Shown here piece by piece: positions 1 through 9,062 of a stretch of 30,074 nucleotides of DNA. The stretch's first letter is position 1. Each line of letters starts with the position of its first letter. Under the pieces are notes generated by a model. That model was given only the letters and a program-made list of their open reading frames with translations. It was not told where the DNA came from and did no database searches. The position numbers were made by a program, and so were the translations under genes. The stretch is from a virus (lineage: Duplodnaviria; Caudoviricetes), in the IMG/VR virus record IMGVR_UViG_3300025320_000141, positions 1-30,074 of that record. The stretch is one strand, 5' to 3'.

Positions 1-453
1 CTATAGGGCGGCGCGGAGCTTTTGCACATCGGCGATGAGGCCGCCGACCCACTGGGCGCTCGACGGATCTTGCGCCAGCTTCGCGATCGCCTCGGCGGTG
101 CCGCAGCCGGCTTCGATCCACACCGCGTAAGGGCCGGCGAGCGGCGACAGCGCCATCGCCGCGCTGCACACGGCGGCGAGTTGCGGATCGAGCGCCGCGG
201 CGGTGTCGGCGGCCTGCTGGCAGGCGGCGAGCGTCGTGAGCCCGGCAAGGCCCACGGCGACGACAAGGCCCTTGATGACACCGCGCTCCTTCAGGAGCAG
301 CGCCGCGAGGGCGCAGCCGGCGGCAAGCAATTGCGCGAGCTGACCGATCAGCGTGTCGGAAAAATGCAGGCCGAACACCGCGAGCACGGCGCCGAGGCCG
401 GCATAGGAAGAGGGCTCGCTGAAGCGGGCAAGCACATAGGCGAGGAGCGGCAT
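1..453 (-). CDS. Holin-like membrane protein fused to a lipobox-containing C-terminal part
   Basis: N-terminal RFSEPSSYAGLG plus two hydrophobic helices resemble small phage holins; then a third hydrophobic stretch ending LAAC; GAAAGGA SD; distal end of the particle operon. Confidence 0.55.
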   Translation of the reverse strand: MPLLAYVLARFSEPSSYAGLGAVLAVFGLHFSDTLIGQLAQLLAAGCALAALLLKERGVIKGLVVAVGLAGLTTLAACQQAADTAAALDPQLAAVCSAAMALSPLAGPYAVWIEAGCGTAEAIAKLAQDPSSAQWVGGLIADVQKLRAAL

Positions 454-477
454 GACGTGTCCTTTCGGTTGGAGATG

Positions 478-499
478 AAAAAAGCCGCCTCGCGGCGGC
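478..499 (-). terminator. Intrinsic terminator-like hairpin upstream of the holin-like gene
   Basis: Minus strand reads GCCGCC-GCGA-GGCGGC-TTTTTT. Confidence 0.6.
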
Positions 500-500
500 C

Positions 501-694
501 GGTGAATTCACCCGGTGAACTTCACAATGAGGCGGTGAGACAGCGAGAACGAAAGCTTCGACGCAGATGGGCGACCCCTTTCCACCTCGTCATCCCGGCG
601 AAAGCCGGGATCCACTTTTCATCCTCTCGTGCGGTGGATCGGTGGGTCCCGGCTTTCGCCGGGACGACGGATTTGGATTGCGCGCCGCGCGCGC
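501..694. repeat. Composite palindromic repeat cassette (A motif, REP pair, C motif)
   Basis: TTCACAATGAGGCGGTGAGACAGCGAG at 521; GTCATCCCGGCGAAAGCCGGGATCC ... GGGTCCCGGCTTTCGCCGGGACGAC; TTGCGCGCCGCGCGCGC at 678. Confidence 0.85.
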
Positions 695-704
695 GGAGCC
701 GCGG

Positions 705-1037
705 CTATTTGCGGTCCTGTTTGCGCACAAGGGAGGTGCGCAGATCGGCGATCGCCTGCATGACGCGTTCGAGCGCGGCGCGCATATCGGCCTCGAACTG
801 ACGGTCCTCGGTGCGGCGCTCCTCGATCAGCCGCTCGGCGACGACGAGGCGCGCCTCGTGACCGGCGAGCGCGACGCGAAACTCGGCGCGCTGCGTTTCG
901 AGATCCGAGCGCAGGCTCAGATAACCGCCGAGGACGCCGCCGCCGACCGTCGCGATAACGACGACCGCCTGCACGAGATGCCCCAGCGTGATGTCGGGCG
1001 TGAAATGCGGATGCAGCATGCTGAAATGGTCGGACAT
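705..1037 (-). CDS. Membrane-anchored coiled-coil protein, lysis-region type
   Basis: ITLGHLVQAVVVIATVGGGVLGGYL transmembrane segment followed by a charged helical tail; lies between tail gene and holin; start uncertain. Confidence 0.6.
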   Translation of the reverse strand: MSDHFSMLHPHFTPDITLGHLVQAVVVIATVGGGVLGGYLSLRSDLETQRAEFRVALAGHEARLVVAERLIEERRTEDRQFEADMRAALERVMQAIADLRTSLVRKQDRK

Positions 1038-1271
1038 CGAGAAGCTTTCCAAACCGGGAATTGACAACGAGACGGCGACACGGCGAGACAACGAAAAAAG
1101 GAACGCGTCACCGTAGAGGTGAGGCGTTTTGTTTGCGCCTTGCGTGCGCAGCTGCGTCACAGGGCGCGCCGCTTGATCCAGGTTAAAAAAAACTTGCTGG
1201 CAGCTAAGTGCCTTCTGAATACACTGCGCCGCGGCAGGTGTTTGCCCATCGTCGTTGCGCTGCGAGGGCTC

Positions 1272-1448
1272 ATGCGCTCAGGCTTTTTTCGACAAATGGC
1301 GCAACGATGCCGCGAGATGATGCTGCGGGCGCGAACCCATGCCGCGCGGCACCAGCTGCAGCTCTGGGCCGAGGAATTCGACGTGCAGGCCGAAGCCGCC
1401 GAAGCGGAAGAAAAGACTCGGAACTCCTACGGCGGTTCGTCCTGTTAA
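1272..1448 (+). CDS. Small helical hypothetical protein (58 aa)
   Basis: GAGGG before ATG; FFRQMAQRCREMM...QLQLWAEEF. Confidence 0.5.
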   Translation: MRSGFFRQMAQRCREMMLRARTHAARHQLQLWAEEFDVQAEAAEAEEKTRNSYGGSSC

Positions 1449-1455
1449 TCATCGT

Positions 1456-1710
1456 ATGGCGCATCACGACCCGACGGCCTTTCTCGCCGAGAAGGCAGAC
1501 GCGTTCCGCGTCTTTGCATCGCAATGGCCGGATCTGGCAAGCGAGTTGCGGCAAATGGCCGAGGAATGCGAGCAAGTGGCCGCCGAGCTGACAAGAGATC
1601 GCCGGCGCAGCGCGCGCCTGACGGCGTTGCAAAACAGGACCCCTCGAAACACGACCGCTCAAAACAGGGCCGCCTCGCGGGGGCCGATGCTGCGGCCGCG
1701 TTCCGAGTGA
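1456..1710 (+). CDS. Small helical hypothetical protein (84 aa)
   Basis: Starts 7 nt after the previous stop; ELRQMAEECEQVAAEL resembles the neighbour. Confidence 0.45.
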   Translation: MAHHDPTAFLAEKADAFRVFASQWPDLASELRQMAEECEQVAAELTRDRRRSARLTALQNRTPRNTTAQNRAASRGPMLRPRSE

Positions 1711-1725
1711 TCTCACCTGGTGGCG

Positions 1726-2769
1726 CTACAGGGCGCCGGTGAGCGTCCAGGCGAGGTTGGCGAGCGTTGCGTCGGGCGAGGCCGGCGCCGTTATCGTCAA
1801 GACATCGCCCGCCGCGAAACCCGTCGCGGATGCCATCGTGAACGTTGCGGCCGCCGCGCCGGCGGCGAACACCATCGTACCGACTATTGAGCCGTTCTTC
1901 GCGATCGTGAACGTGGCGTTTGCCGTCGCGGCAGCGCCGGCGCTGCCGTAGCTGCCGCCGAGCCCCGCCGGAAAATTCACCGCCGTCGCGAAGATGTAAC
2001 GCTCGATCGTTTGCGACGCCGCGGGGCTGCCGGACCACGAGCCCGATACATAGGCCGGGCCCTGGATCGCGCCGTCGCCGGTCAGGCTGTAGCTCGTCGG
2101 CGTGAGGCCGGCGAGGCCTTGCAAGGATTGGCCGAAAATGTTGAAGGCGGGCAGCTTGACGTGGATCGTCTGGCCGATAAAACTCGCGGGGTAGACGTAT
2201 TTGAACAACGACGGATCGTTCGGTCCGAAGCGCGCGAAACTGGCGCCCGCGGAGTGCGCGCCGACCGGCGTGCCGTAGACGCCGCGGCGCAGATAGGTGA
2301 GATTGTATTTGTACGCGGCGGTCAAGGTCGCGGTGCGGTAGGCGAGCAATTCACCATCGGCGTAGCACAACGTGACAAAGGCGTCGGCGTCGGCGGTCGT
2401 ACCGGAGAGGAGCTGGCCCTGGCTTTGCGACAGATCGACCGACAAGGTGTCGGTTGTGTCGGGGTCGGCGTGGCTCGGCAGCGCCGCCGTGAGGACGCCC
2501 TGGCGGCCGCCGCGATAGATCGTGCCGGCATAGGCGTAGCTCGTGCCGTCGAGCGACACCCAGATCTGGCAGCCGCCCCAATGCGTGCCGCCGGTCGCGA
2601 CGATCCACACCTCGGTGTCGCCGGCGGTGAGCCCCGGCGGCGGCTCGAACAGGATCGGCGGGTTCGTGTCGCCGGGCAGGGCGAGCGGGTCGAGCGGGGC
2701 GCCGGCGGAGGTCTGCTTCGGATAGGCGAGCGCCGTGCCGATGCCGATCGGTGAGATTGTGCCGGGCAT
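1726..2769 (-). CDS. Tail/host-specificity protein, C-terminal part
   Basis: WGGCQIWVSLDG, DGELLAY and YLRRGVYGT motifs typical of the C-terminal half of Phage-tail_3/gpJ/GTA g15-like proteins, plus a beta-rich terminal domain. Confidence 0.8.
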   Translation of the reverse strand: MPGTISPIGIGTALAYPKQTSAGAPLDPLALPGDTNPPILFEPPPGLTAGDTEVWIVATGGTHWGGCQIWVSLDGTSYAYAGTIYRGGRQGVLTAALPSHADPDTTDTLSVDLSQSQGQLLSGTTADADAFVTLCYADGELLAYRTATLTAAYKYNLTYLRRGVYGTPVGAHSAGASFARFGPNDPSLFKYVYPASFIGQTIHVKLPAFNIFGQSLQGLAGLTPTSYSLTGDGAIQGPAYVSGSWSGSPAASQTIERYIFATAVNFPAGLGGSYGSAGAAATANATFTIAKNGSIVGTMVFAAGAAAATFTMASATGFAAGDVLTITAPASPDATLANLAWTLTGAL

Positions 2770-2772
2770 TTA

Positions 2773-3057
2773 TTCACCACTGAGACGGTGAGACGGTGAG
2801 AAGAAAAAGAAGTGAACGCTTTACCGCGGAGGGCGCGGAGGATACGCAGAGGACGCGAAGGCACTGGAGCGATTTGATCCGCCATCGCGTCCTTTGCGTT
2901 ACCTAATCTGTTGCGCGCTGCGCGCAGAGGATTCCTTTCCCGTCGTCCCGGCGAACGCCGGGACCCACTTATCAGAAGCCCCGAGCTGCCGAACGGTGGA
3001 TCCCGGCCTTCGCCGGGATGACAATCTTATCTCACCGTCTCACCGCCTCTGCGGTCA
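2773..3057. repeat. Composite repeat cassette bounded by inverted A motifs
   Basis: TTCACCACTGAGACGGTGAGACGGTGAG ... CTCACCGTCTCACCGCCTC; encloses B arm, C motif (2911) and a CCCGGCGAACGCCGGG REP pair. Confidence 0.9.
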
Positions 3058-3062
3058 GACTA

Positions 3063-4403
3063 TTACGGGGTGACCTCCGGGATTTCATCGGCGGTGATCG
3101 TCAGCTCGCCGTTGTCGTCCTCCTCGATCGCGACGATGCGCACGGCTTTGCTGGACAGGCCGAGGGTTGTGTCGGTCAGCAGCACGATGTCCATCGGTTC
3201 CAACAGCGCGTAGCGCCAGCCGAGCCTGAATTTGTAGGTGTTGCGCACATAGGCCTTGCGCTGCAACAGGAATTGCGCGGCGATCGTGGCGCTCGCCGGG
3301 TTGGTGAATTCATGCGCCTGCACCGGCGGCTCGCTGCGCAACCCGTACTGGTCGATGAGGCCCTGATCGAACACCGCGACGAGCTGCGGGTTGTAGCTGT
3401 TCGTGCTGTCCATGTATTCGAGCGAGAGCCAATTCGTCGCCTGCGCCGGATCGCTGCGCGTGAGGAGCACCGGATCCGTTGCATTGTCACCGCTGCCCCA
3501 GCGCAGAAAATCGCCGTCGCCTAGACTGTATTGCCACGTCAGGTTCGGCGACCACGACGCGCCGTTGGCGTTGAGCGGTTGATCGCCATAAGGGATGATC
3601 TTCAGCAGATTGCCCGACCACAGAACCGCGGCGCCTGTCAGGAGCGCGATCTCCTCGAGCCAGCGCGCTGCCGGCTGCTGCTTGTCGACGAGGAGCGACA
3701 TCGCGAGCTGCGCCGCCTGACAGTAGGTGCCCCAATCGGCGAGGCTGCCGCCGGTGTCGAGATTGGCCGCGGGGAAGCCGGCGCCGTAGCGCGGGTTGGT
3801 CAACAGATCGGCGACGATCCGATCGGGCCGCGCATCATGCGGAAAATTCGGCCCGGCGGTGCCGGAGGCCACCCCGTAGATCTCGAACGAGATGTTCGGC
3901 AGCGCCGGCGACGAGCCGAGCTGAATCGGCGTGCCGGTGACATAAGCGGTGCCGGAATAGCCGAGCACCGGCGTGTTGGTGTCGGCCGAGGCGAAGACCG
4001 GGTCGGGCGCCTGGCCGTCAACGCCGGCATAGCCGTTGAGGCCGATTGCGGCGAGGCCGGAGGCGACCCCGCCATTCGACCAGATGCGCAGCGCCCCGCC
4101 CGTGCCATCGGTGAAGGATATGGGACCTTGGCACAGGCCGAAGCCGACATCGACGGCGAATTGCTGGTTCGAGCCCTTCTTGCCGCCGGAGGAGCCGAGC
4201 CCCTTGCCGCCCTTGCCGCCCGAGCTGCCGGTGAAGCCCCAGAATTCGAGCAGGTTTACCGTGACGCGCTGGGTGCCGTAGCAGAGATGGACCGGGCTCC
4301 CCGCCATGCTCGTGTTGTAGCGCAGCGAATTGAGCTGCGGGTGGTCGAAGGCGTTGACGAACGGGCTCGGCCCGCCGCCCTTGCCGGTGGGGATGTCGGA
4401 CAT
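3063..4403 (-). CDS. Tail protein (Phage-tail_3 / gpJ / GTA g15-like), N-terminal part
   Basis: GSPVHLCYG, PNISFEI, DLLTNPRYGAG and LEPMDIV motifs; follows DUF2460-DUF2163-NlpC/P60. Confidence 0.85.
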   Translation of the reverse strand: MSDIPTGKGGGPSPFVNAFDHPQLNSLRYNTSMAGSPVHLCYGTQRVTVNLLEFWGFTGSSGGKGGKGLGSSGGKKGSNQQFAVDVGFGLCQGPISFTDGTGGALRIWSNGGVASGLAAIGLNGYAGVDGQAPDPVFASADTNTPVLGYSGTAYVTGTPIQLGSSPALPNISFEIYGVASGTAGPNFPHDARPDRIVADLLTNPRYGAGFPAANLDTGGSLADWGTYCQAAQLAMSLLVDKQQPAARWLEEIALLTGAAVLWSGNLLKIIPYGDQPLNANGASWSPNLTWQYSLGDGDFLRWGSGDNATDPVLLTRSDPAQATNWLSLEYMDSTNSYNPQLVAVFDQGLIDQYGLRSEPPVQAHEFTNPASATIAAQFLLQRKAYVRNTYKFRLGWRYALLEPMDIVLLTDTTLGLSSKAVRIVAIEEDDNGELTITADEIPEVTP

Positions 4404-4413
4404 GTCGGTTCAA

Positions 4414-4810
4414 TTCACCAGTGAGACGGTGAGAAAGGAAGAGAAGAGAAAACGGTTTACCGCGGAGGACGCGGAGGATGCGCAGAGGACGTGAAGGCGC
4501 TCCGCCAAGACCGTCATTGCGAGGAGCGAAGCGACGAAGCAATCTCGTCGGGAGTGCGCACCTGGAACGAGATTGCTTCGCATCGCTCCCAATGACAGCT
4601 CTGTCTTCGCGTACATCGCGTGTCCATTGCGCCCTTCGCGTTACCTAATGTGTTGCGCTGCGCGCCGCCAAGCTGGATCTACAAATGGGCGTCCTTCGAG
4701 ACGCGCTCCTGCGGAGCGCTCCTCAGGATGACGGCTTTGTTGATGCCGGCTAAACCATCCCGTCACCCTGAGGAGCGGCCGGCAATAGCCGGACGCGTCT
4801 CGAAGGACGC
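4414..4810. repeat. Composite repeat cassette with nested REP pairs
   Basis: A motif at 4414; B arms enclosing a GTCATTGCGAGGAGCGAAGCGACGAAGCAATC pair; C motif at 4653; GTCCTTCGAGACGC...CTCAGGATGA pair. Confidence 0.9.
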
Positions 4811-4828
4811 GGGTTCCTCATGCAGCAG

Positions 4829-5245
4829 TCAAAACGGGGAGAAGAAGCGGACGGGGCGGGCGACGAGCGGGTGCAGCGTCGCATCGCCATGCACGACGCC
4901 GATGTTCCAGTAGGCGTGAATGAGGCGCGGCCATAGGGTGACGATCGCGCCGTGCGAAAAGGTGCGGCCGAAACGGAACAGCGCGATATCGCCGGGAAGC
5001 GGCGGGCCGCCGATCTCGCGCGCATGGCGGCACAGGCCTTCAAGGTAGCGCTCGGCGTCGCGGTGCAGATGCCAGTCCGGCACGTAGAAGGGCGGATCGA
5101 CATGCGCGATCATGCCCGCGCGCTCATACACCTCGGCCAATAGCATCAGGCAATCGATGCCGGCGCCCTTGACCCGGGCGGCGTGGTGAAACGGCGTCCC
5201 GATCCAGCTCTCGGCCTCGGCGACGACGGCGGCGCGGAGTGACAT
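4829..5245 (-). CDS. NlpC/P60 family tail-associated cell-wall peptidase (GTA g14-like)
   Basis: AESWIGTPFHH, GIDC catalytic Cys, PGDIALF, SHGAI His, LIHA; GTG start. Confidence 0.9.
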   Translation of the reverse strand: MSLRAAVVAEAESWIGTPFHHAARVKGAGIDCLMLLAEVYERAGMIAHVDPPFYVPDWHLHRDAERYLEGLCRHAREIGGPPLPGDIALFRFGRTFSHGAIVTLWPRLIHAYWNIGVVHGDATLHPLVARPVRFFSPF

Positions 5246-5264
5246 TTTTGGCTCTGCTCTCTAG

Positions 5265-5475
5265 TTAACGCGAAGGGCGCGAAGGATACGCAAGGGACGC
5301 GATGGCGCTCCGCCAAGACCGTCATTGCGAGGAGCGGAGCGACGAAGCAAATTTGTCGGAGTGCTCGCCGGGAACGAGATTGCTTCGCTTCGCTCGCAAT
5401 GACAGCTCTGCCTTCGCGTTCCTTTGCGTATCCATTGCGTCCTTTTGCGTTCTCTAATTTGTTGCGCTGCGCGCG
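5265..5475. repeat. Composite repeat cassette, near-copy of 4480-4665
   Basis: GGCGCTCCGCCAAGACCGTCATTGCGAGGAGCG...AATGACAGCTCTG shared with the previous cassette; C motif at 5462. Confidence 0.9.
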
Positions 5476-5486
5476 TGGAAGGCTCA

Positions 5487-6407
5487 TCACACCGCGGTTT
5501 CGGGGGGCGGGATGTAGGGGAAGCCGCCGTAATGCACGAGGTTGTTGAAGGTGCCTTGGCACGTCGCCACCGTGTGGTCGCAGCCCGGCAGAAAGCGGAA
5601 CGTGTCGCCGAGCGCGACGGAGTAGAGCCACGCCTTCAGCTGGTACGCGACGCCGCCCAGCATCTGGCGGATCGTGCGCGTGAGGCCGGCATTGGCGCCG
5701 GTGAGCCCCAGCATCGTGCCCTGGTCGAACAGGGTCGTCGGGCTCGCCGCGAGCGCGGTGTGGATCTCGGACTGCGTCGAGCCGGCGAGCGCCGCGGCGG
5801 TCTGCGCCAGCGTCGTGCGGTCGAAGCCGCACATCGCATCGCCGAAGACATGCGTGCACGCCGCCTGATAAAGCCGGCGCGGCATCTGCTGGATCGCGAG
5901 CAGGTTCATCAACGACTTGACCTTGAGCTGGATTTTGCTGCGGCCGACATCGCAATCGGCGACACGGCCCGTGAACCACACGACCGCGCCGAGCGAGGTG
6001 TCGAGGCCGCCATGGGTGTCGGGTTGCGGCGGTGCGAACAGGCGACCGAGTTCGACGGTCGCGCCATCGAACAGACCAAGCCGTACCGCGTCGGCGAACG
6101 ACACCGTGCCGATTGTGTCGGACGCGGCGGCGAGAATTTCGATATCGAGCTCGGTGGGCTGCACGCCTGTTTTGGTCGCGACCTTCGAGCGGCCGAACCG
6201 CGGACCGAGCGCGAAAGAGGTGTAATCGAGCGCATTATAATTGAGGCTGCCGGCCGGAAACAGCGTGCCGGGAATTTGCAACGCGGTGGTCCAGCCGGAA
6301 TAGCGCAGCACCTCGCCGGTCGCGAGCGCAAAGGTATAGAGATCGGTGACGATGAAGGTGTCGTTCGCCGCGAGATAGGCGGCGAGCGCGGCGGAGCACG
6401 GTCGCAT
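5487..6407 (-). CDS. DUF2163 / BR0599 family baseplate hub protein (GTA g13-like)
   Basis: GLFDGA, CTHVFGDAMC, GCDHTVATC...FNNLVHYGGFPYIP; likely start MRPCSAAL. Confidence 0.9.
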   Translation of the reverse strand: MRPCSAALAAYLAANDTFIVTDLYTFALATGEVLRYSGWTTALQIPGTLFPAGSLNYNALDYTSFALGPRFGRSKVATKTGVQPTELDIEILAAASDTIGTVSFADAVRLGLFDGATVELGRLFAPPQPDTHGGLDTSLGAVVWFTGRVADCDVGRSKIQLKVKSLMNLLAIQQMPRRLYQAACTHVFGDAMCGFDRTTLAQTAAALAGSTQSEIHTALAASPTTLFDQGTMLGLTGANAGLTRTIRQMLGGVAYQLKAWLYSVALGDTFRFLPGCDHTVATCQGTFNNLVHYGGFPYIPPPETAV

Positions 6408-6419
6408 TTCAGCACCAGT

Positions 6420-6710
6420 AGAAAAAGGGAACGCTTTACCGCAGAGGACGCGGAGGGCTCGCAGAGGACGCGATGGCATCGGGGCGGCTAAAGCGCCGTC
6501 GCGCCCTTCGCGTCTCCACTGTGTCTTTCGCGGTAGCTAATTTGTTGCGCGCTGCGCGCATGTAGATCCCCCTCACCCCGGCCCTCTCCCCGCAGGCGGG
6601 GAGAGGGAGAGTCGGCGGCGCTACCGGGCGCAAACCGTCGGGGTATTCGCGTTGCATTGGCAGCCGCGTTCCCTCTCCCCGTCCGCGGGGAGAGGGACAG
6701 GGTGAGGGGC
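6420..6710. repeat. Composite repeat cassette
   Basis: B arms (TTTACCGCAGAGGACGCGGAGG), C motif at 6545, CCCCTCACCCCGGCCCTCTCCCC...GGGAGAGGG pair. Confidence 0.9.
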
Positions 6711-6719
6711 GGATCGGGT

Positions 6720-7346
6720 CTATAGGAAGACGGATTGGAGCTTGATCTGGCGAGCCTGCCAGAGCTGGATCATGAAGTTCTCGAATTCGGCGGTGTCGTC
6801 CGCGAAACGGACGCGGAAGAAATAGGTGAAATCGGCGGTGATCGCCTGGCCGGAAGGCGGCGGGGTCGTGAAGGTCACGAGGCCGGTCGCGGGATCGACC
6901 GAGTAATTCGACGCGGGCTGCGCGACGCCATTGAAATAGATCGCCGAGACGAGGTTCGGCGCGGTGATCGGCTCGGCGAAACCGCCCATGGCGCGCACGA
7001 GCCGAAAGATTGCGGTGCTGTTGTCGCCGGCGCCGAGGACACCGGCTGTGACGCGGTCGTCGGTCGGGTCGTCGAACAGAAACGGCTGCAGCGCGCCCTG
7101 CTGCTGCAGAAAAAAACCGGCCAAGGTGCGGAGTTCGTCGTAGCCGATGCCGGGGCCGTTCGGCGAACGTGCGTCGTTGCGGTCGCGCAGCAGCGGGTAA
7201 GTCAGTGTCCAGTTCCAGATCGGATAGGGCTGGTCGAGCGCGCGCAATTCGCGGCCGTTGACGGCGCGCTGGATGCGCGTCGCGAAACGCGGCGATTTGG
7301 TGACGGACCAGCCGAGGCCCGGCAATGACGGAAAGATCGCGGTCAT
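6720..7346 (-). CDS. DUF2460 family distal tail protein (GTA g12-like)
   Basis: PRFATRIQRAVNGRE, FLFDDPTD, TGLVTF, ITADFTYFFRVRF. Confidence 0.9.
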   Translation of the reverse strand: MTAIFPSLPGLGWSVTKSPRFATRIQRAVNGRELRALDQPYPIWNWTLTYPLLRDRNDARSPNGPGIGYDELRTLAGFFLQQQGALQPFLFDDPTDDRVTAGVLGAGDNSTAIFRLVRAMGGFAEPITAPNLVSAIYFNGVAQPASNYSVDPATGLVTFTTPPPSGQAITADFTYFFRVRFADDTAEFENFMIQLWQARQIKLQSVFL

Positions 7347-7356
7347 GCGGTTTCAT

Positions 7357-7683
7357 TTCAGCAATGAGACGGTGAGGCGGCGAGAGGCCCGGGCCGCGAG
7401 TAGGCTAAAGAGTAGATAACGCAAAGGACGCAAAGGAGACGCAAGGGACGCGATGCCATGGAGTGGCTGAAGCGCCATTGCGTCCTTCGCGTATCCCTTG
7501 GGTCCTTTGTGCTATCTGATTTGCTGCGCGCTGCGCGCGCAGCCTGCTGCACAAATAAGGTGCGTCCTTCGACACGCGCCGCAGCTGCGCCGCAGCGCTG
7601 CTCAGGATGAGGTCGGTTGTTGATGGCAACCAAAAGCCTATCCTCATCCTGAGCGCGAGCGCAGCGAGCAGTCGAAGGACGCA
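7357..7683. repeat. Composite repeat cassette
   Basis: A motif at 7357, B arms, C motif at 7525, GTCCTTCGA...CTCAGGATGAGG / CCTCATCCTGAG...GTCGAAGGAC pair. Confidence 0.9.
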
Positions 7684-7706
7684 CGATGCCGATCCAGCTC
7701 CCCGCC

Positions 7707-8924
7707 CTACAAGGTGCGCGGGGTGAGGACGTTGGAGCGCAACAGGTTGCGCACGGCACCCGGGTTGCGCGCCATCAGCCCGGTGAACCAGCGCTCGACC
7801 GCGGGCCCGTCCGAGGGGCCGTGGAAATGCAGGTGCAGATCGTTGCTGCCCGCGGTTGCGCCGGACGCGATCATGCTCTGCAGCCCCTCGCTGATCGACG
7901 CGGGCAACACCATCTCGCGCGCGTGCAACAGCGCCGGAGTCATGCCGGCGAAATTCGGCAATGCCCAGCCGCGCGCCGCCGACGGCACGATGCCGCCGCG
8001 GGCAAACGCGAAGAGGCCGCCGAGAAAGCCGAGGATGCCGCCGCCTTCGGTGGCGGATGCGGCCGCCGCGACGCCGCCGGTTGCCGCGATGGCGCCGGCG
8101 CCGGAAGTTGCCGCGGCAGCGCCGAGCGCGCCGGTCAGCGCCGTAAGAGCCGCCGTGTTCGCGGTCAGCGCGGCGGTGTTGGCGGTCGACACCGCGGTCT
8201 GCCCGACTTGCTGCGGCAGGGCGAAGATCCAACGCGACAGCGTGTTGCCAAGGACGTCGCCGACACCCTCGGCGGCTGAGGGCGAGGGCTGGCCGAGGAG
8301 ACCGGCGAGCGGCCCCGCCGCCAGTTTCGACACGGTCGTGGCGAGCAGATCGACGCCGCCGCGCTCGACCGATTGGAGCACCTGCGCCGCCGCCGTGCCC
8401 CAGCTTTGCGTGCCGGCGAGAAGGCCGGTCACCGCGCTGCGCCAGCCGGCGCCGATCGCGTCGAACGCCTGGCGGTAGGGCAATGCGAGACGGTCGGCGT
8501 CACGCCGCGCCGCCTCGGCCAGGCGCGCCTGGTCGCGCGCGACCTCGCCCGAATACTTGCTGCTGAGCTCGATCAGCTGGCGATAGGCCTGCGCCTTCTC
8601 GGCGATCGTCGCGGCGTCGCTCGCCAGCGTGTCCTCGAGGCGGGCGCGCTCCTCGTCATGACGCTGCGCGGTATATTGGATGTCGAAGCCGAGCGCCTGC
8701 TGCAACGACAGCGCATGCGCCGCGACCATCTCCTGCATCTCGGATTTGAATACCGCCAGACCCGCGGCGCCGGCATGACGGATCGCCGTCTCGGTCTCGG
8801 CAAAGGCGGTCTTCAGCTCCGTGACCGGCTGCGCCGCGCTCGTCACGGCTTGCTTCAAGGAAGCGAGCGCCGAGAGCGCGGTGCCGATATCGGCGCCGAA
8901 CTTGATCTGCACCTCTTCGGCCAA
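7707..8924 (-). CDS. Short tape measure protein (405 aa)
   Basis: TTG start after GAGGTGA; Ala-rich helical body; FARGGIVP and LHAREMVLP C-terminal motifs; position before DUF2460. Confidence 0.85.
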   Translation of the reverse strand: MAEEVQIKFGADIGTALSALASLKQAVTSAAQPVTELKTAFAETETAIRHAGAAGLAVFKSEMQEMVAAHALSLQQALGFDIQYTAQRHDEERARLEDTLASDAATIAEKAQAYRQLIELSSKYSGEVARDQARLAEAARRDADRLALPYRQAFDAIGAGWRSAVTGLLAGTQSWGTAAAQVLQSVERGGVDLLATTVSKLAAGPLAGLLGQPSPSAAEGVGDVLGNTLSRWIFALPQQVGQTAVSTANTAALTANTAALTALTGALGAAAATSGAGAIAATGGVAAAASATEGGGILGFLGGLFAFARGGIVPSAARGWALPNFAGMTPALLHAREMVLPASISEGLQSMIASGATAGSNDLHLHFHGPSDGPAVERWFTGLMARNPGAVRNLLRSNVLTPRTL

Positions 8925-8939
8925 GGGTCACCTCAAATG

Positions 8940-9053
8940 AAAAGAAAACGCTTTACCGCAGAGGACGCTGAGGTTTCGCGAGGGCGCAGGGCCGTCGGAC
9001 GGCTGGGACGCCATCGCGTACCTCCGCGCATCCCACGCGTCCTCCGCGGTGAA
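8940..9053. repeat. B-type palindromic element
   Basis: AACGCTTTACCGCAGAGGACGC ... GCGTCCTCCGCGGTGAA. Confidence 0.85.
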
Positions 9054-9062
9054 TCTTTTGAC

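Noticed and set aside
2770-3062. Cassettes as self-splicing introns
   Set aside because: No group I/II core motifs; flanking ORFs have their own stops and starts
6408-6479. N-terminal ORF extensions of DUF2163, capsid, chaperone and the 12017 ORF
   Set aside because: They run through repeat cassettes; downstream ATGs, most with an SD, fit better
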